DNA of 56,922 bases from Kondoa subrosea (Eukaryota). A program made the translations under genes and the position numbers. Each line of letters starts with the position of its first letter. Position 1 is the first letter of the stretch. The stretch is from NCBI GenBank assembly GCA_039545335.1, contig BCIN01000006.1, positions 1,240,001 to 1,296,922 of the forward strand, in the 5' to 3' direction. This document shows positions 54,113-56,922 of this stretch, one piece after another. The notes beneath the pieces are model-generated. The model did not search any database. It had not been told where the DNA came from and was given only the letters and a program-made list of their open reading frames with translations.

Positions 54113-56235
54113 TCATGTGACATCTTTCGAGCGTGACGCGGTCTCTAAGTAGCTTTTACATTGAACACAGAAGCAAGACAAATACAAATCAAGATCCGAC
54201 ATCAGACCAAGCGACAGCTTCATTCCGCTTTCTTCCTGCTGTGAGGTAATCAGCAAAGTGGAAGCAAGGGTTGGGCCAATGAGCCTACCTGACATGTGGT
54301 CACTGCGAGCTGATCCTTAATCTTAGCTCAGCCGTCAATGTACTATGATAGAAGCATTAGAATTCAGCTAAGTTCCGCAGAGTGAACGGAAAAGCTTACA
54401 GGCGATGCCACTCGAGCCTTGACTGCCATCTCACGCGAGATTTGGTGCTCGAGAGTTTGAAAACGTATCTTCTTGTTAGGGATCGCCTGGGCGCCGGTCG
54501 GAATTCCTAGCTGTTTTGCGTGTTCTTGGATAAATTGGTCGGTGAAGCGAGTATCGGGAAAGTGCGCGATAAATGCCTCTTCGCCTCCATGCCATTCCAT
54601 CACGGCCTGATAGTTTCGCCGGCGATGAGGAAGATCGCCTGAAGTATACGGCTGCTGACTAAAGTTGAACTGAGAAGCGACTTCTTCGTATAGTCGATCG
54701 TAGCCGTTACGGTCTTTGGGTAAGCCTCTATTGAGAAGACGGATCTGCCGGGAACACGATCAGCCGTTTGTCTGGTTTCCCAAGGAAGAAACGACTGACA
54801 CTTGCATGCCGTGTTGAAAAGCGTACAGGCTTGCGTCCACGCACGAGCCTGGCGAAGTGTTGGCCCTTTCTGGTGTGGAAGATGGCGTTCTGTATATAAG
54901 GTCAACGCGACTTTTCTGTAGATGAAGGCGGCATACTTACTCTATGATAGGTCGTTTCGTCGCTGAGCTTTTGCTGCTTCTGCTGCTTCTGCTGCTTTTG
55001 CGACTCCTACCAGAATCGTCAGCACAAGACAGTGGACTGAAGTGTAGAGCGTACGGATACATGTCCACGAGCTAAGGCCTGCGATGTTGTGCATGCTGAT
55101 GAACGCGACTGTGGACAAATCAGCATTGGAGTTTGTGCGGTCGAGCTAGACTCACTGTCGTAGGCAGCCAAAGTTCCGACTTCTTGCTGTTGCCGCGACC
55201 ATCGTCGTTTGCACCTCCAGCTGCAATCTGGCAAAACGATCGATTAGATTCTAGCCACTGTGTATGAGCGACAGACGAATTGACTTACTGATGGTAGCTC
55301 AATTGCTTTGGCACCGGACTTCGTCGCCTGCTTCGAATGTCAGGATTAGTCAGCCTGCGTACATACTCAACACATACTTCCAATTTGCGGGTCAGGCCTT
55401 GAAGTATATTCTTGCACTCAAGCACTCCTTCAGTCACACTCTAGTAAGTAAGTCTCAGCATCAGGATTTGCAGACTAGAAATACTACTCACTTTGACAAG
55501 ATCCGCTTTGTTGACCATTTTGCCAAAGGCTGGCAATGCGACTGACAGGTTACAGACCAACGATGCCACGGCGCCACCTTGTATCTATTAGTAGCATCAG
55601 TCGCAGTCAGAGACTATTGAGTAACCACCAACATTCTCTTCTGTATGTANAACCGCATCCAAGATCTTAAGCTGGCAGACGATGTCAACAAGGGACAAGA
55701 TTCATGCTCGAGACTCACCAATAAATCAGAGGCCATTGACACCTGTCCCAGTTTGCGCCCCTCTTCAACAAAGCTGCTGAGAACTCGCGCTCCTCGATCA
55801 CCTCCAATGCGTTCCACGAGGCTGTCAAATGTTGGGCCTACACCATTGACCATTTGATGAATCAAGTCAGCATTTGGGNCAGCAGCAGCAACCAATTTAG
55901 TGGCACTAGTGCTGAACGAGCGACCAATGCGACTAGAGAATGGACTTGAGCGGTTTTCTGCGGACGAGATGAGAAGAGGGCGAGGNGGAAATTGGATACG
56001 AGGTTGTAAGCCGACGTTAGTAAGGATCGGAGTTTCTGTGCGCTATGATGAGTGTCAGCAATTGTAGGCAAACAGACAAATGTAGGTTTACCTGAAATAC
56101 AGAGCGAAGCTGCGGTAAAGCACAAGCAAGCTCCCAGTTGGTATTCTTGANAAGTTGCTCAAGAGGTCCTTGAGCCGCTTGCACCATCATAGGCATCAGA
56201 GCATTTGACGGGATGCGGAGCTTTATCTCGGTCAT
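54113..56235 (-). CDS. Multi-exon hypothetical protein
   Basis: A chain of GT-AG-bounded exons from ATG 56235 can be joined in frame (includes a QKQQKQQKQQK tract); no family recognised; some junctions and the 3' end are uncertain. Confidence 0.5.
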
Positions 56236-56922
56236 GTTTCAGATGTAGATTACGTGGGTAAAGTGGGACGAAAAGAAAAGAGCTTGATGGCAAGAAGAGG
56301 AGGAAAAGAGACTGGCAAAGATGAGGGCAACACGAACCCGTCAATCACATCACATCAAATCCACTCACATCAACGCAAAGCCTCATTTTGGCTCAGGCCT
56401 ATGATGGAAAAGAGGCGAGGAGCGTGGCCAGGCTTCAATGCGAAGAAAACAATGGGCCACCACACTAGCTATAGCGAGTACAAAGCGCGAGGACGGAAAG
56501 CGGGCAAGTCTCGGTAAGAGCTTGTTCTGATTTGGGAATAGCTCGCCGAGTTCAGATGATAGCCAGTGGTACATGTCGCAAATCAGAAGATATTGCTNCG
56601 AGGCAGTACAGCCAGCGATACAGCGTCATTGGGTCGAGAGCACTCATCTATAACAGATTTGTGTATCAGCGGCGGACTCATGTAATTCTGTTCGGCGATG
56701 AGTAGTCTACTTCGGATACGATGTGTCCTCCTTACGCTGGCTCAAGCCGAGGTCTCAAAGATGGGCAGTGAGATAGAGAATCTCGTAAGCAGAAGAGTTG
56801 CATTTGTTTGGTTGTTTGGGCACACTGCAGGATCGCGCAAGGATCACTTCATTTTCTGTCATCTCCTGGTATGGCGACGGCTACTAGTAGAGCGCAGAGT
56901 TATCGATCGGCCACCAGAGCAC

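Overview
Intron-rich, very gene-dense eukaryotic DNA. Introns of about 45-65 nt with GT..CTRAY..AG signals, many micro-exons and the gene content indicate a basidiomycete fungus, probably yeast-like (the lineage is an inference). I assembled 33 protein-coding gene models by hand across introns, so boundaries are approximate. Recognisable genes: proteasome RPT1 and RPN11, a PUB-domain protein, a MARCH5-like RING-CH ligase, mitochondrial intermediate peptidase, RRP41, TAF6, an expansin-like protein, endonuclease III-like glycosylase, two tandem NDUFA4/B12D-like microproteins, HSH49, two F-box proteins, a GNAT, a Zn2Cys6 factor, CWC22, SLT11/RBM22, RTC1/WDR24, a LisH-CTLH protein, QCR9, GLTP/HET-C2, a cPLA2-type phospholipase, ER FKBP, FolC-type synthase, a SNF2-family ATPase and LPD1, plus several orphans. 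I saw no tRNA, rRNA, CRISPR or transposon. The most interesting signals are (1) a C-rich to G-rich polarity running 5' to 3' along long exons and resetting at introns, (2) the NDUFA4/B12D tandem pair that the ORF track does not assemble, (3) a motif set shared upstream of RPT1 and RPN11, (4) a BC-box-like motif inside a SNF2 ATPase, and (5) extreme compaction plus candidate 3'-UTR introns. No clearly novel multi-gene system is demonstrable from sequence alone.
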